A DNA stretch of 64,000 bases from Candidatus Latescibacterota bacterium (GTDB lineage: Bacteria; Latescibacterota; UBA2968; GCA-2709665). Each line of letters starts with the position of its first letter. Position 1 is the stretch's first letter. The stretch covers positions 4,480,001 to 4,544,000 of the forward strand of contig OZ242180.1 in NCBI GenBank assembly GCA_965205485.1, in the 5' to 3' direction. The notes under the pieces are model-generated. The model ran no database searches, was not told where the DNA came from, and saw only the letters and a list, made by a program, of their open reading frames with translations. A program made the translations under genes and the position numbers. This document shows positions 49,777 through 59,161 of the stretch, piece by piece.

Positions 49777-50773
49777 TCGACCGCTCCAACGTGTCTGCTT
49801 GCCGCGTCTGCTCTTCTTGCCCCTTATTCCTTCCTTCATCTTCGGCGGCGGCCCGTTCCCAGGCGGCGCGTACAATCCCGGATAGCAGTTCCGGTGCCGC
49901 CTCAAAAAGCGCGTCGAGAACGCTGCCAGTTTCCAGATCGTCGATATACGCACTGGGACGGGTCCCGCCCAGGCCCTCCGTGGAAAACAGCCGGAAACGA
50001 TATATCGGAGGAGCGCCGGGAAAACCGACGATCTCGTTCAGCTTGAGATGTTCAAGACGGTCCAGCAGTGCGTCCGCCAGAAGTGCGGGATCCGCGGCGC
50101 GCAGCAACTCCGCCCTGCGGTCGAACTCACGAAGCGTCGCGAGGGCCTGAAGCCACTCCCAGGACACCCGAGTGCGCAATTCGGGACTGTCTACCCGGTC
50201 CAGTGTCTCTGCCATCGTGCTTTTCAGGACGGCGGGGGACATCGCCCGGATCAGTTCCGTATTGAACTTTCGTTCGGCGGGGTCTATTGAAATCAGGCTT
50301 CCCAGCGTCTCGGCGGGCAGCAGTTCCACAACCCCGGGGCTGTAGCCCGGAACGCCGGAACTGTCGGCCCCTGTCATCGAGAGCATCTCCTCCGGCGCTT
50401 CGCTCATCGCCACCAGCGCGGCCTGCGCTTCCACGGGAAGCGACTGCACCAGCGTTCGAGCCTGTTCGGCTTCACCTCGCGCCAGAAGCCCCCGCACCTC
50501 GCTTTCGCGACCGACCAGGTCGATGAGACGGCCGGACCAGTCCCCGGCCGAGACCAGGTCTCCCTTGACCTCCACTGAATCACGCGCGGCCGTTTCAGTG
50601 GCGCCGCGTTGCGGTTCGTTACCATCCTCCTCGGTCGGAATCCGCAATTCCCGCTGCTGCTGGCACCGCAGGCACGTCGACACACCGGGCATTTCCGACC
50701 TGCGTACCGCAGGAATCCTTGCACCGCAGACTCGACAATATTCCCCGCGACGATTGACCGGTTTCTGTTCCAT
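49754..50773 (-). CDS. DksA/TraR C4 zinc-finger protein fused to a large helical domain
   Basis: SD GGAGG; CRVCGARIPAVRR..PGVSTCLRCQ; ARTLVQSLP block reminiscent of DUF6178. Confidence 0.75.
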   Translation of the reverse strand: MEQKPVNRRGEYCRVCGARIPAVRRSEMPGVSTCLRCQQQRELRIPTEEDGNEPQRGATETAARDSVEVKGDLVSAGDWSGRLIDLVGRESEVRGLLARGEAEQARTLVQSLPVEAQAALVAMSEAPEEMLSMTGADSSGVPGYSPGVVELLPAETLGSLISIDPAERKFNTELIRAMSPAVLKSTMAETLDRVDSPELRTRVSWEWLQALATLREFDRRAELLRAADPALLADALLDRLEHLKLNEIVGFPGAPPIYRFRLFSTEGLGGTRPSAYIDDLETGSVLDALFEAAPELLSGIVRAAWERAAAEDEGRNKGQEEQTRQADTLERSNETSDRR

Positions 50774-50860
50774 GCGCAACCTCCGCGCAGACACGGAAAG
50801 TTCTCCCCTGCAACCGCAGGTAGAGATGGTCCAGGAAAGTGAACGAACCGTCTGAGGACA

Positions 50861-50951
50861 AAATTACAGGACAGAAACAAAAAAGTCAATATAAAATTTT
50901 GTTTTTAAAGGATTTAAATTTATTGACTTCATGGTGGCAATTTGCTATATT
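50861..50951. promoter_or_regulatory. Back-to-back divergent sigma70 promoters
   Basis: Minus strand TTGACT(50889-50884)-N17-TAATTT; plus strand TTGACT(50923-50928)-N17-TATATT with TG extension; AT-rich spacer. Confidence 0.7.
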
Positions 50952-51089
50952 TATACCCGCAAACGGGCCGAGCCTGCTGCGCGTATCGGCCTTGTTTTGC
51001 TTTGTAAGCGGCATCCGGCAGACCGCATCAATGCAAAACCGACCCGCCATTCATCCCGAAGAGCCGGCGAAACCGGTGTTTAACCACGA

Positions 51090-51288
51090 TTAACCTTGAT
51101 TCCTAAGTCTTCGGGGACGTTAATTCGAATATGTGCTTGTAAATAAAGGCGATTAGACGGCGGATTTCCAGGATACACCAGGTCACTGGAGGTGAACCGA
51201 AAAAGCGTCCTTCTAAACGTCGACATCGCCCTGTTTCGGAGGGTTTTATCGCGTCGCCGCGTTGCTGTTTTTGCGGAATTAAGGTCAA
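51090..51288. mobile_element. MITE-like repeat family B, copy 3 (199 bp)
   Basis: TIRs TTAACCTTGATTCC / GGAATTAAGGTCAA; first ~100 bp match 12718-12820 (ATAAAGGCGATTAGACGGCGGATT, CCAGGATACACC, GGTCACTGGA). Confidence 0.85.
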
Positions 51289-51434
51289 TTATCCCTTGAC
51301 AGAATGAAGCGGCCCGCTGTAATTTCCGCCGTCAGTATACAGGCCCCTGTTCGACCGGGACGAGGTAGACCGGGCAAATCGCCGTCCGGATCGAGTTCCG
51401 CCGCAAATCCCCGTCAGGATACCACGCCAGTTCT

Positions 51435-52118
51435 ATGTCCCACATCCTGCTGCTCGCCAGTGAAACACCGGGTAAACGCCTGAAGTCAGATCTGGAATCG
51501 ATCGGTCATTCCGTTTCACGCCTGGCCTGGAACCAGGACCGTGTTGCCTTGCCCGACACCCGCAGTCTGCCGGGCAATCCGGCCGATCTCCTCGTCGTCG
51601 ACGACACGTTCCCAGGCTCCCTGTCCAATCGCGTTCAACACCTGCTGCGGCCTCCCGCTTCCCGAAATACGCCGGTATTGCTGATCACCGACGAAGACCG
51701 CGTCTCAACCATCGACTTCTCTGCCGGAATCACAGACTTCATCACGCAGCCGTACTCCCTTGAGCAGTTGGAAACCCGCCTGCGACTGATCCTGGGGCGC
51801 ACGGAACGCGGTGACGTTATCCGGCTGGACGAACTGGTCATCAATCCGGTGCGATACGAAGTCCGCGTCAACGGCGCCCTCGTGGACCTTACACTGAAAG
51901 AGTACGAACTGCTGAAGTATCTGGTCGTCCACCGGGGTCGCGTCTTTACCCGTTCGGATCTGCTCGACCGCATCTGGGGGTACGACTATCACGGCGGCAT
52001 GCGTACCGTCGACGTACACGTTGCGAGGCTTAGAACGAAACTGGCCGGCTTCAACGGCGCGATTTCCACGGTTAGAGGAGTCGGCTACGGTTTTGACTGG
52101 CCTTCGGCCCCGACATGA
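51435..52118 (+). CDS. Orphan OmpR-family response regulator, GlnR-like atypical receiver
   Basis: LTLKEYELL..GRVFTR..WGYDYHGGMRTVDVHVARLR wHTH; receiver lacks the acidic pair and the conserved Lys (TQP). Confidence 0.88.
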   Translation: MSHILLLASETPGKRLKSDLESIGHSVSRLAWNQDRVALPDTRSLPGNPADLLVVDDTFPGSLSNRVQHLLRPPASRNTPVLLITDEDRVSTIDFSAGITDFITQPYSLEQLETRLRLILGRTERGDVIRLDELVINPVRYEVRVNGALVDLTLKEYELLKYLVVHRGRVFTRSDLLDRIWGYDYHGGMRTVDVHVARLRTKLAGFNGAISTVRGVGYGFDWPSAPT

Positions 52119-52216
52119 TTTCGCATCCGGGGCCCGTGGCGCCCGCGGTATCCGCGCCATTCCCGCAACAGGATGCAATTCCCAACACAAGACAACCGTC
52201 AAAACGGAGGGTGAAT

Positions 52217-52774
52217 ATGGATGGCGCAAGACACCTGACAATGAAGGAACTCGAACAGGGTCTGGACGACGTCGGGAACTCACCGGAGGACGAAGGCGTC
52301 CTGAAGATGATCGTGCGTCGACCGGAGGTCGAGCAGCGCGAAGTGCTCGCCGAGGGCAAACTTCATCCGTCGGAAGGCCTCGTGGGCGACAACTGGAAGT
52401 CCCGCGGCAGTTCCCGAACCCCGGACGGATCGGCCGATCCCTACACACAGCTCACCGTCATGAACGCCCGGTGCGCCGCGCTCGTCGCTCAGGAAGACAG
52501 CCGCTGGCAACTCGCGGGTGACCAGTTGTACCTGGACCTGGATCTGAGCGAAGAAAACCTGCCGCCCGGTACCCGATTGTCCCTTGGCACCGCCGTGATC
52601 CGGGTATCCGAGCAGCCCCATACGGGTTGCGGGAAATTCGTATCCCGTTTTGGCGTGGATGCCATGAAATTCGTCAACTCGAAACTGGGGAGGCGGCTTC
52701 GACTTCGCGGTCTCAACGCGCGTGTGGTTCAACCCGGCACGGTTCGGGTGGGCGATATCGTGAAGAAGGTCTGA
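52217..52774 (+). CDS. MOSC domain protein
   Basis: GLVGDNW, AGDQL, PHTGCGKF..RFG and RGLNARVVQPG. Confidence 0.85.
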   Translation: MDGARHLTMKELEQGLDDVGNSPEDEGVLKMIVRRPEVEQREVLAEGKLHPSEGLVGDNWKSRGSSRTPDGSADPYTQLTVMNARCAALVAQEDSRWQLAGDQLYLDLDLSEENLPPGTRLSLGTAVIRVSEQPHTGCGKFVSRFGVDAMKFVNSKLGRRLRLRGLNARVVQPGTVRVGDIVKKV

Positions 52775-52811
52775 GGAAGGAAATCGACCACGCGAACCAA
52801 TGGAGGCGCAA

Positions 52812-53588
52812 ATGGGATTCAGATTCTGTGAGTCCATGATCCGGGACTACCGCACGCGAGGTTGCGTGATATTCCGGCAAATCCTGCCGCCCGCGCTCAT
52901 TCGCGACCTTCGTCGAGCCACGTCCGGGGCACATCGTTATGCCCGCGAAGCGCGTGGTCCCCAGGCGCAGCGCCTTCAGCCCATCGTCAATTACGACATC
53001 GATATCAGACCCTTCGAGGACTATTCCGAGCTTCCACCGCTGGTCGATGCAATCGGCAGAGTGCTCACACCCGAGCACAGAATTGCCAATAGCGGACTCG
53101 CGCGGACGGGACTGTTGCTGGAGCCGAAGGAAAGACCCTGGTGTACTGCATGGCACCGGGACATTCGGGAAACATCCAACGTACCCGACCCGGATGAGTT
53201 TCGCCGCGTGAACCGCGACCCGCTCTGGTTCAACCAGATCAACTGCCCGCTTTACGAGGACAACTGTACGTGGTACGTGCCGGGCAGTCACCTGAGAGAC
53301 GATCTGCCGGATGAGATCGACGCCGCCGGCGCTCCGCTGCCTCCTGAAGACGATCCGTTCGAAGAAAGGGAACGCGCATGCCTGGAATATACCCGGGCGA
53401 TGCCGCGGTCGGAGCGATTGTTTATGGATGCGGGTGATTTCGCGCTCTACCATCCCAACGGCTGGCACCTTGGAAACTATCTGCCCGGGCGCAGACGGGT
53501 AACGATTCACGATTTCGCGCCAACCTCCCAACTGCTGGACTGGTACGATCGTTGGGAGCGCAAACGGTCTCTGCGGAAAAGGGATTGA
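52812..53588 (+). CDS. PhyH-like Fe(II)/2OG dioxygenase
   Basis: WHRD, YVPGSH, AGDF..GWH.G.Y..R.TIH. Confidence 0.8.
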   Translation: MGFRFCESMIRDYRTRGCVIFRQILPPALIRDLRRATSGAHRYAREARGPQAQRLQPIVNYDIDIRPFEDYSELPPLVDAIGRVLTPEHRIANSGLARTGLLLEPKERPWCTAWHRDIRETSNVPDPDEFRRVNRDPLWFNQINCPLYEDNCTWYVPGSHLRDDLPDEIDAAGAPLPPEDDPFEERERACLEYTRAMPRSERLFMDAGDFALYHPNGWHLGNYLPGRRRVTIHDFAPTSQLLDWYDRWERKRSLRKRD

Positions 53589-53604
53589 TCGAAAGGAAGC
53601 CATT

Positions 53605-54456
53605 ATGCAAAAAAGCTGGACGTGGACCACGACCGGCTACGGACTTGCCGAGAAGTCCCACGATGAAATCATGGAAACCTGTCGCTTCGCCGGTCTGGCA
53701 GGCATCGAGGGCTCACCGCCCCTGTTCGAAGGAAACTCCGAATCCGAACTTCAGGCCATTGGCGACGGTTATCGATCGGCGGGACTGTGCATCGAGACGT
53801 TTCACCTCCCCTTTTCTCCTGATGATGACATCGCTTCCTTCTACGAAACCGTACGCCGGCGGGCCGTGGACAAGATGCGCCTCTGGATGGGAAGGGCATC
53901 GCTGATCGGGGCAACGGTTGGCATCCAGCATCCGACCACGAACCGGTCGGACGCCGACGTGGAGGGCCTCGAAACCTATTTCATCCAGATCGGCAAGAGC
54001 CTCGAAACGCTCCTGAGGGACGCTGAAAGCCTCAACTTCACGATCGCTCTTGAAAACATGCTTCCGTCCGGCGGCGGACGGTTCACCTCCAGACCCGAGC
54101 ATTTCGAGCGAATCGTCCGGGACTTCGCCCATCCCAACCTGGGATTCTGCCTCGACACGGGCCACGCCCTGGTGGCCTCACGCGAGGATGCGCACCGGTT
54201 CTTCGACGTCATGGGATCGCGCATGGTCGCATTTCACCTGGCGGACAACGCGGGCGACCGCGATTCCCACCTCGCCCCCGGCCACGGGCGGGTGAACTGG
54301 CGCAGATTCTTCCGGCATGCGGCGCACTTAGGGTACAGACGCACAATGTGCATCGAAACCCAGCCGTTTGACTTTGGTCCCGATTATACCGATAGCGCAT
54401 GGAAAAAGATGGTGGCCGATACCGAAGCTCTGGCCGAATCCGCGCTGACGGACTAG
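53605..54456 (+). CDS. Sugar phosphate isomerase/epimerase TIM barrel
   Basis: ALENM, CLDTGHA and HLADNAGDRDSHLAPG.G. Confidence 0.88.
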   Translation: MQKSWTWTTTGYGLAEKSHDEIMETCRFAGLAGIEGSPPLFEGNSESELQAIGDGYRSAGLCIETFHLPFSPDDDIASFYETVRRRAVDKMRLWMGRASLIGATVGIQHPTTNRSDADVEGLETYFIQIGKSLETLLRDAESLNFTIALENMLPSGGGRFTSRPEHFERIVRDFAHPNLGFCLDTGHALVASREDAHRFFDVMGSRMVAFHLADNAGDRDSHLAPGHGRVNWRRFFRHAAHLGYRRTMCIETQPFDFGPDYTDSAWKKMVADTEALAESALTD

Positions 54457-54529
54457 CGATTGCCGATCTGCAGGGCTCTCTGCCCTTACACGCGTAGGGG
54501 ACCCCCGATTCGGAAAGGAACCCTCAGGT

Positions 54530-55318
54530 ATGCAATGGAACGAGAAATATGGCCCATGGGCCCTGGTAACCGGCGCGTCATCCGGTCTGGGCGCGGAGTT
54601 CGTAGAACAACTGGCCGCCAGGGGTGTGAACGTGGTCCTCGTCGCCCGCAGGGAGCAACAGATGGCGGCGCTTGCCGACGGTGTCAGGCGGAACCATGGG
54701 GTAAAGACGCGTGTCGTTCCCGCGGACCTCACAGGTCGCGATGCCTGCCGTCACGTTGGAGATCAAACGAGCGATCTGGAGATCGGTCTGCTCGTAAACA
54801 ATGCCGGATTCGGACTTTCCGGCGCGTACGCGGACCTGGACCCCGATCGCCTGGTGAACATGACCGTATTGAACTGCGTCGTCCCGGTTCTGCTCACCAA
54901 CCACTACCTGCCGCTGATGCTCGATCGAGGTCGCGGCGGCCTTATCTTCCTGGCGTCCACGGCCGCATACCAGGCGACGCCGTACCTCGGCGTCTACGGC
55001 GCCACCAAGGCTTTCAATCTGCTGATGGGAGAATCCCTCTGGAAAGAATACAGGAAGAGAGGCATCGACTCGCTCGCGCTCTCTCCCGGATTCACGAAAA
55101 CCGAATTCACAAGCGTGGCGCACATGAAGGACGCCAGCGGCTTCAGGGAGGCCACGCCCGGCGCGGTCGTGGCCCTGGCGCTCAAGAAACTCGGGACGAA
55201 ACCCTCAGTGATTCATGGCCTCGCCAACAAGATGCTTAACTTCACGGGACGGCTTATCCCTCGCCGTGCGGCCATCGCCGTCACCTCGGCCATGTTGAAG
55301 GGACGAACGCTGTCATGA
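54530..55318 (+). CDS. Short-chain dehydrogenase/reductase
   Basis: TGASSGLG, NNAG and YGATK. Confidence 0.93.
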   Translation: MQWNEKYGPWALVTGASSGLGAEFVEQLAARGVNVVLVARREQQMAALADGVRRNHGVKTRVVPADLTGRDACRHVGDQTSDLEIGLLVNNAGFGLSGAYADLDPDRLVNMTVLNCVVPVLLTNHYLPLMLDRGRGGLIFLASTAAYQATPYLGVYGATKAFNLLMGESLWKEYRKRGIDSLALSPGFTKTEFTSVAHMKDASGFREATPGAVVALALKKLGTKPSVIHGLANKMLNFTGRLIPRRAAIAVTSAMLKGRTLS

Positions 55319-56433
55319 CGCTGAAAATCGTCTGCCGGGCCTGCGACACGGTACACCCACAGGACACCCGTCTCTGGAGATGCGGCTGTGGCGGGCCTCT
55401 TGACGTCGGTTTCCGGTGCACCATCGACGCGGGCAAGATCGGGCGCCGGTCGCCGGGAATGTGGCGCTATCGGGAAGCGCTGCCGATCGGGGCGGATGCC
55501 CACGTCGTCTCGTTCAACGAGGGGTTTACGCCAATCGTCGGGATGCAGATCGACGGCAAGCCTCTTAACGTCAAGCAGGAGAACCTCTTCCCCACGGGTT
55601 CCTTCAAAGATCGCGGCGCCTCCGTCCTGATCAGCCGCGCCGCCGAACTGGGCGTTGAAAGGGTCGTGGAGGACTCGTCGGGCAACGCGGGCGCCGCGGT
55701 CGCCGCGTATGCGGCAAAAGCCGGCATCGATTGTGAAATCTACGTGCCCGAGTCCACGTCTCCAGGTAAACTTGCGCAGATCAGCCTCTATGGCGCGAAA
55801 CTGGTCCGTGTACCGGGCTCCAGGGAAGCCACGGCGCGCGCGGCCATGGCAGCGGCCGAACACCACTTCTATGCGAGCCACGTCTGGAATCCGTTCTTCT
55901 TCCAGGGCACAAAGACCTATGCGTTCGAGATCTGGGAGCAACTCGGCTTCAACGGACCCGATGCGCTAATCGTCCCAACGGGTCACGGCACAATGCTTAT
56001 CGGCGCCTTCCTCGGATTCCGGGACCTTCTTGAAAACGGGCTGATCGACCGTCTGCCCAGGATGATCGCCGTGCAGGCCGCGAACTGCGCGCCGCTCTAC
56101 CGGATGTGGCGCGATCAACTCGCGGAACCCCCCCCGGCGTCCTCAGGCAATACGATCGCCGAAGGGATCGCCATCGCGGAGCCCACGCGTGCGTCGCAGA
56201 TCCTGGACATCGTCCACGAAACCGGCGGCCGGATCGTCGCTGTTACCGACGCTGAAATCAAGGAAGCCCTGCTGGATATCTGCAAACAGGGCCTGTACGC
56301 CGAACCCACCTCCGCAACTGCGATTGCGGCATTCAGGAAGGTGCCCGTCAGCGGGGACGAGTCCGTTGTAGCGCCCCTGACCGGACACGGACTCAAGTCG
56401 ACTGAAAAAATGCTCAAGCTGAACGGCGAATAG
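55315..56433 (+). CDS. thrC: Threonine synthase-like PLP enzyme
   Basis: PTGSFKDRG, SSGNAG, QGTKT and EPTSA; N-terminal Cys cluster. Confidence 0.8.
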   Translation: MTLKIVCRACDTVHPQDTRLWRCGCGGPLDVGFRCTIDAGKIGRRSPGMWRYREALPIGADAHVVSFNEGFTPIVGMQIDGKPLNVKQENLFPTGSFKDRGASVLISRAAELGVERVVEDSSGNAGAAVAAYAAKAGIDCEIYVPESTSPGKLAQISLYGAKLVRVPGSREATARAAMAAAEHHFYASHVWNPFFFQGTKTYAFEIWEQLGFNGPDALIVPTGHGTMLIGAFLGFRDLLENGLIDRLPRMIAVQAANCAPLYRMWRDQLAEPPPASSGNTIAEGIAIAEPTRASQILDIVHETGGRIVAVTDAEIKEALLDICKQGLYAEPTSATAIAAFRKVPVSGDESVVAPLTGHGLKSTEKMLKLNGE

Positions 56434-56474
56434 GCCTTCCGCCCCCTCCGGACGCGCGAGCCGTGCGCGCGATT

Positions 56475-57392
56475 TCATGCCGCCGCGACGTTCGATTCGC
56501 CGTCGTCAGCCTCGATTGTCCGGGCGGCCCGCACACCCAGCCACCCGTTCTGCTCAGCGACCTCCGCTGCATGGAGTCCGGCCGCGCGTACCGCCTTCAA
56601 GAGCGCGGCCTGCTCCTGCACCTGTACGCCTCCGAGGACCAGATTTCCCGTCGCCGCCACACGTGACGCCAGCGCAGGCAGAATACCGACGAGTGTGCGC
56701 GCGTCGATGTTGGCGACCACGACGTCGAATTCTCCGGTTACGCATTCAATGGTTCCCCGCCGAAAAACCACGTTGCCGGGATTCCCGTTCAGGCGCATAT
56801 TCGCGCGGGCATTCTCGATGGCCAGCGCATCGCTATCGATACCCGTCACCCGCGCGGCGTTGCACCTGGCGGCTGCGAGGCTCAGGATCCCCGATCCGGT
56901 GCCCACGTCCAGCACGATATCGCCCGGATTTACGATGGCATGCATCATCTTCAGGGCCAACCGGGTCGTCTCGTGCTGGCCGGTTCCGAAAGCCGTCTTT
57001 GGCTCAATGACCAGACTGAATCCGCATTCAGGATCGTCGACAGGTTCCCATGGCGGACAAACCACAATGGCGGGACTCGCGTAGACGGGCTTGAAACGGG
57101 ACTTCCAGGACGAGGCCCAATCCTCCGAAGGGACCTCAGCCACTTCCACGCGTACGGTTCTCAGATCAACTGCATGCGCACTCAGCCCGCTCCAAAGGCC
57201 GGATACCACGCGGCCGCTTTCTCGTTCAACCGGAAAGTATGCCGTAAGCCCTGTCGTGCCGGAAGCCGCACCATCCTGCACCTGCACCCCGCAGCTCCCA
57301 AGACCAAACAGCAATTCGGACACCGTTTCCGATACGTCGCGCGGCAGGTCGACGCGTACCCTGAACCACCCGCCTTCAACGCCGCAGATCAT
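56475..57392 (-). CDS. prmA: Ribosomal protein L11 methyltransferase
   Basis: EDWASSWK, PKTAFGTGQHETT, LDVGTGSGIL and VANI. Confidence 0.93.
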   Translation of the reverse strand: MICGVEGGWFRVRVDLPRDVSETVSELLFGLGSCGVQVQDGAASGTTGLTAYFPVERESGRVVSGLWSGLSAHAVDLRTVRVEVAEVPSEDWASSWKSRFKPVYASPAIVVCPPWEPVDDPECGFSLVIEPKTAFGTGQHETTRLALKMMHAIVNPGDIVLDVGTGSGILSLAAARCNAARVTGIDSDALAIENARANMRLNGNPGNVVFRRGTIECVTGEFDVVVANIDARTLVGILPALASRVAATGNLVLGGVQVQEQAALLKAVRAAGLHAAEVAEQNGWLGVRAARTIEADDGESNVAAA

Positions 57393-57427
57393 TCGCGTAA
57401 ACCACTCGAAACGTGCCCGGAGCGTCG

Positions 57428-59083
57428 CTACGCGACCGACAGCCTCAACTCATGCCGGTCCGCTTCGGCCGAGAACGGCAAAACCACGACCAGGCGCGCT
57501 TCTTCGATGTTTGAGTCGCCCGCCTTCCGGTAGGGATTATGTGGCAATGCCGGCCAGACCACGCGACTTCCGGGCGGCAGGTGCAGGCGCCAGCCGGCGT
57601 GTTGCATCCAGGCTTCGCCGGCCCACTCCGCCTTCGAATCGCCCAGCGCCACCGTCGTTCCCGATGCGAAACGCACCTCCCCGTCCAGGTGCGGAATAAG
57701 CGTCACGTGTCCGTCCACCGGCAGACCTGAATTCCCCGTTGCGGTGTACACGAGCGTCAATTCGGTATCCGACGCGACCCTCGCGTCTATACCGCAGGTT
57801 TCCTCACCGTAGCGCATCCGCAGCCGGCCGCCGTCCTCGCCTGAGTCGTACGAGAGCTCGTCCGGCACGTGGATCAATCCCTCGGGGACGTCGAAGTCCG
57901 GGTCTTCGTCCCCCGGCGTGTGCGACAGAAGCGTCTTGTCCCCCACCGTGAAGCAACTCCAAAGCGGCTGCAGCTTTGTGTTTCCGCCGCCCACGACCAG
58001 ACCCGCCCTGTCGTGAAACACGCTGACGAAGTTCTGCCTGTCCTGGCCCCAACGATTCTGCGGGAAATCGACAACGAAGGCCGAAAGACAGACGAACCAC
58101 GGACCGTTCCTGACCGCGGTCGCCTCGTCTCCCATTCGGAAGACATGCCGTTCCTTTCCCGCAGCCGTCTCAACCGCCTCTCCGCGGCCGCCATATAGCA
58201 ACAGACTGGCCGCGTAGTCCGAAGCGAACCCGGTACCCTCCGCCAGCAACAGCCGGTGCTGCTGCGCCAGATACCCTCTGCCCGCGGCCGTATGGCTGAA
58301 CCCGGGATTGCCATCGTGAACGCCGCCATGGTAGGGGTTGCGGCCGTCCACGGTCTCAACGGTACTGCCGTCGGGATAGGTCAGACTCGCGTGGTAGGCG
58401 GCGGCGCGTTCAAGCGCGGGCAACACCGCCTCGTCGCCCGACATCCCGTAGTAAATCCCCAGCGAGTCCGAATACACGAAGTTATAGGCCACGACAGGTC
58501 CGTTGTGCTCCGGCCACCAGCCTTGCGGCGACTGCGCTTGCGCAACCTTCGCCATAAACGCTCGCGACTGCGCACGCCAGTCGTCGCGTCCGAACACCGT
58601 GCCCGCGCAAAACAGGGCCATCGCGTGATGTGCGGGGATATTGTGAACATGGGCCAGGCAGGTCTTCGAAATACCGTCGAACCCCATCAGCAGGGCCGGG
58701 TCCCATCTGGCGCGCGCGTCGCCCTGCATGGCTTCCTGAACCAGCTGATACGCACGAATCCATCGGCTGTAGGTCCAGGGCATGTAGATCTGCCCCCACT
58801 CCGAATAGTCCTTTTTCAGAAACGTCCACTTTCCCTGTTCGTCCTGGGCGTCGATCAGCGCGTCCCCCCCGCGAACGATCGCGGCAAGGACCTCTTCATC
58901 GCCGTGAAATCTGCTTTCCCCAAGGTGCCACGCCGCGGCAAGAGGAAAAATCACGTTCTGGTCTCCGCAGACCCACGGCTCCGCACCGAACTGCCCGTTC
59001 TCCTTCTGTGACGCCAGGATTTGCGGTACTGCCGCATCCAGCGACGCCAGCAACTCCGGTTCCGGTTTCCATACCTCCGCCAT
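57428..59083 (-). CDS. Hypothetical protein (possible heparinase/lyase-like toroid)
   Basis: SD GGAAGGAG before MAEVWK; HNIPAHH..GWWPEH.GP..YN block; function is a guess. Confidence 0.7.
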   Translation of the reverse strand: MAEVWKPEPELLASLDAAVPQILASQKENGQFGAEPWVCGDQNVIFPLAAAWHLGESRFHGDEEVLAAIVRGGDALIDAQDEQGKWTFLKKDYSEWGQIYMPWTYSRWIRAYQLVQEAMQGDARARWDPALLMGFDGISKTCLAHVHNIPAHHAMALFCAGTVFGRDDWRAQSRAFMAKVAQAQSPQGWWPEHNGPVVAYNFVYSDSLGIYYGMSGDEAVLPALERAAAYHASLTYPDGSTVETVDGRNPYHGGVHDGNPGFSHTAAGRGYLAQQHRLLLAEGTGFASDYAASLLLYGGRGEAVETAAGKERHVFRMGDEATAVRNGPWFVCLSAFVVDFPQNRWGQDRQNFVSVFHDRAGLVVGGGNTKLQPLWSCFTVGDKTLLSHTPGDEDPDFDVPEGLIHVPDELSYDSGEDGGRLRMRYGEETCGIDARVASDTELTLVYTATGNSGLPVDGHVTLIPHLDGEVRFASGTTVALGDSKAEWAGEAWMQHAGWRLHLPPGSRVVWPALPHNPYRKAGDSNIEEARLVVVLPFSAEADRHELRLSVA

Positions 59084-59104
59084 TGCGTATCTCCTTCCGA
59101 TGAG

Positions 59105-59140
59105 GAAGCTGTTTTCAAATTCCCAGCGGACCTCGCGCCG
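59105..59140. mobile_element. Family A left-end remnant
   Basis: GAAGCTGTTTTCAAATTCCCAGCGG matches GAAGCTGTCTTAAAATTCCCAGCGG of copy 3. Confidence 0.6.
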
Positions 59141-59161
59141 CGTCAACGCCCGATGCCGCGT

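Noticed and set aside
59084..59146. Longer N-terminus of the 57428 ORF, and the extended ORF-track starts of rplM, ssb and the Gfo gene at 11279
   Set aside because: The extensions run through repeat remnants or promoters; the downstream starts fit SD position and/or family length better
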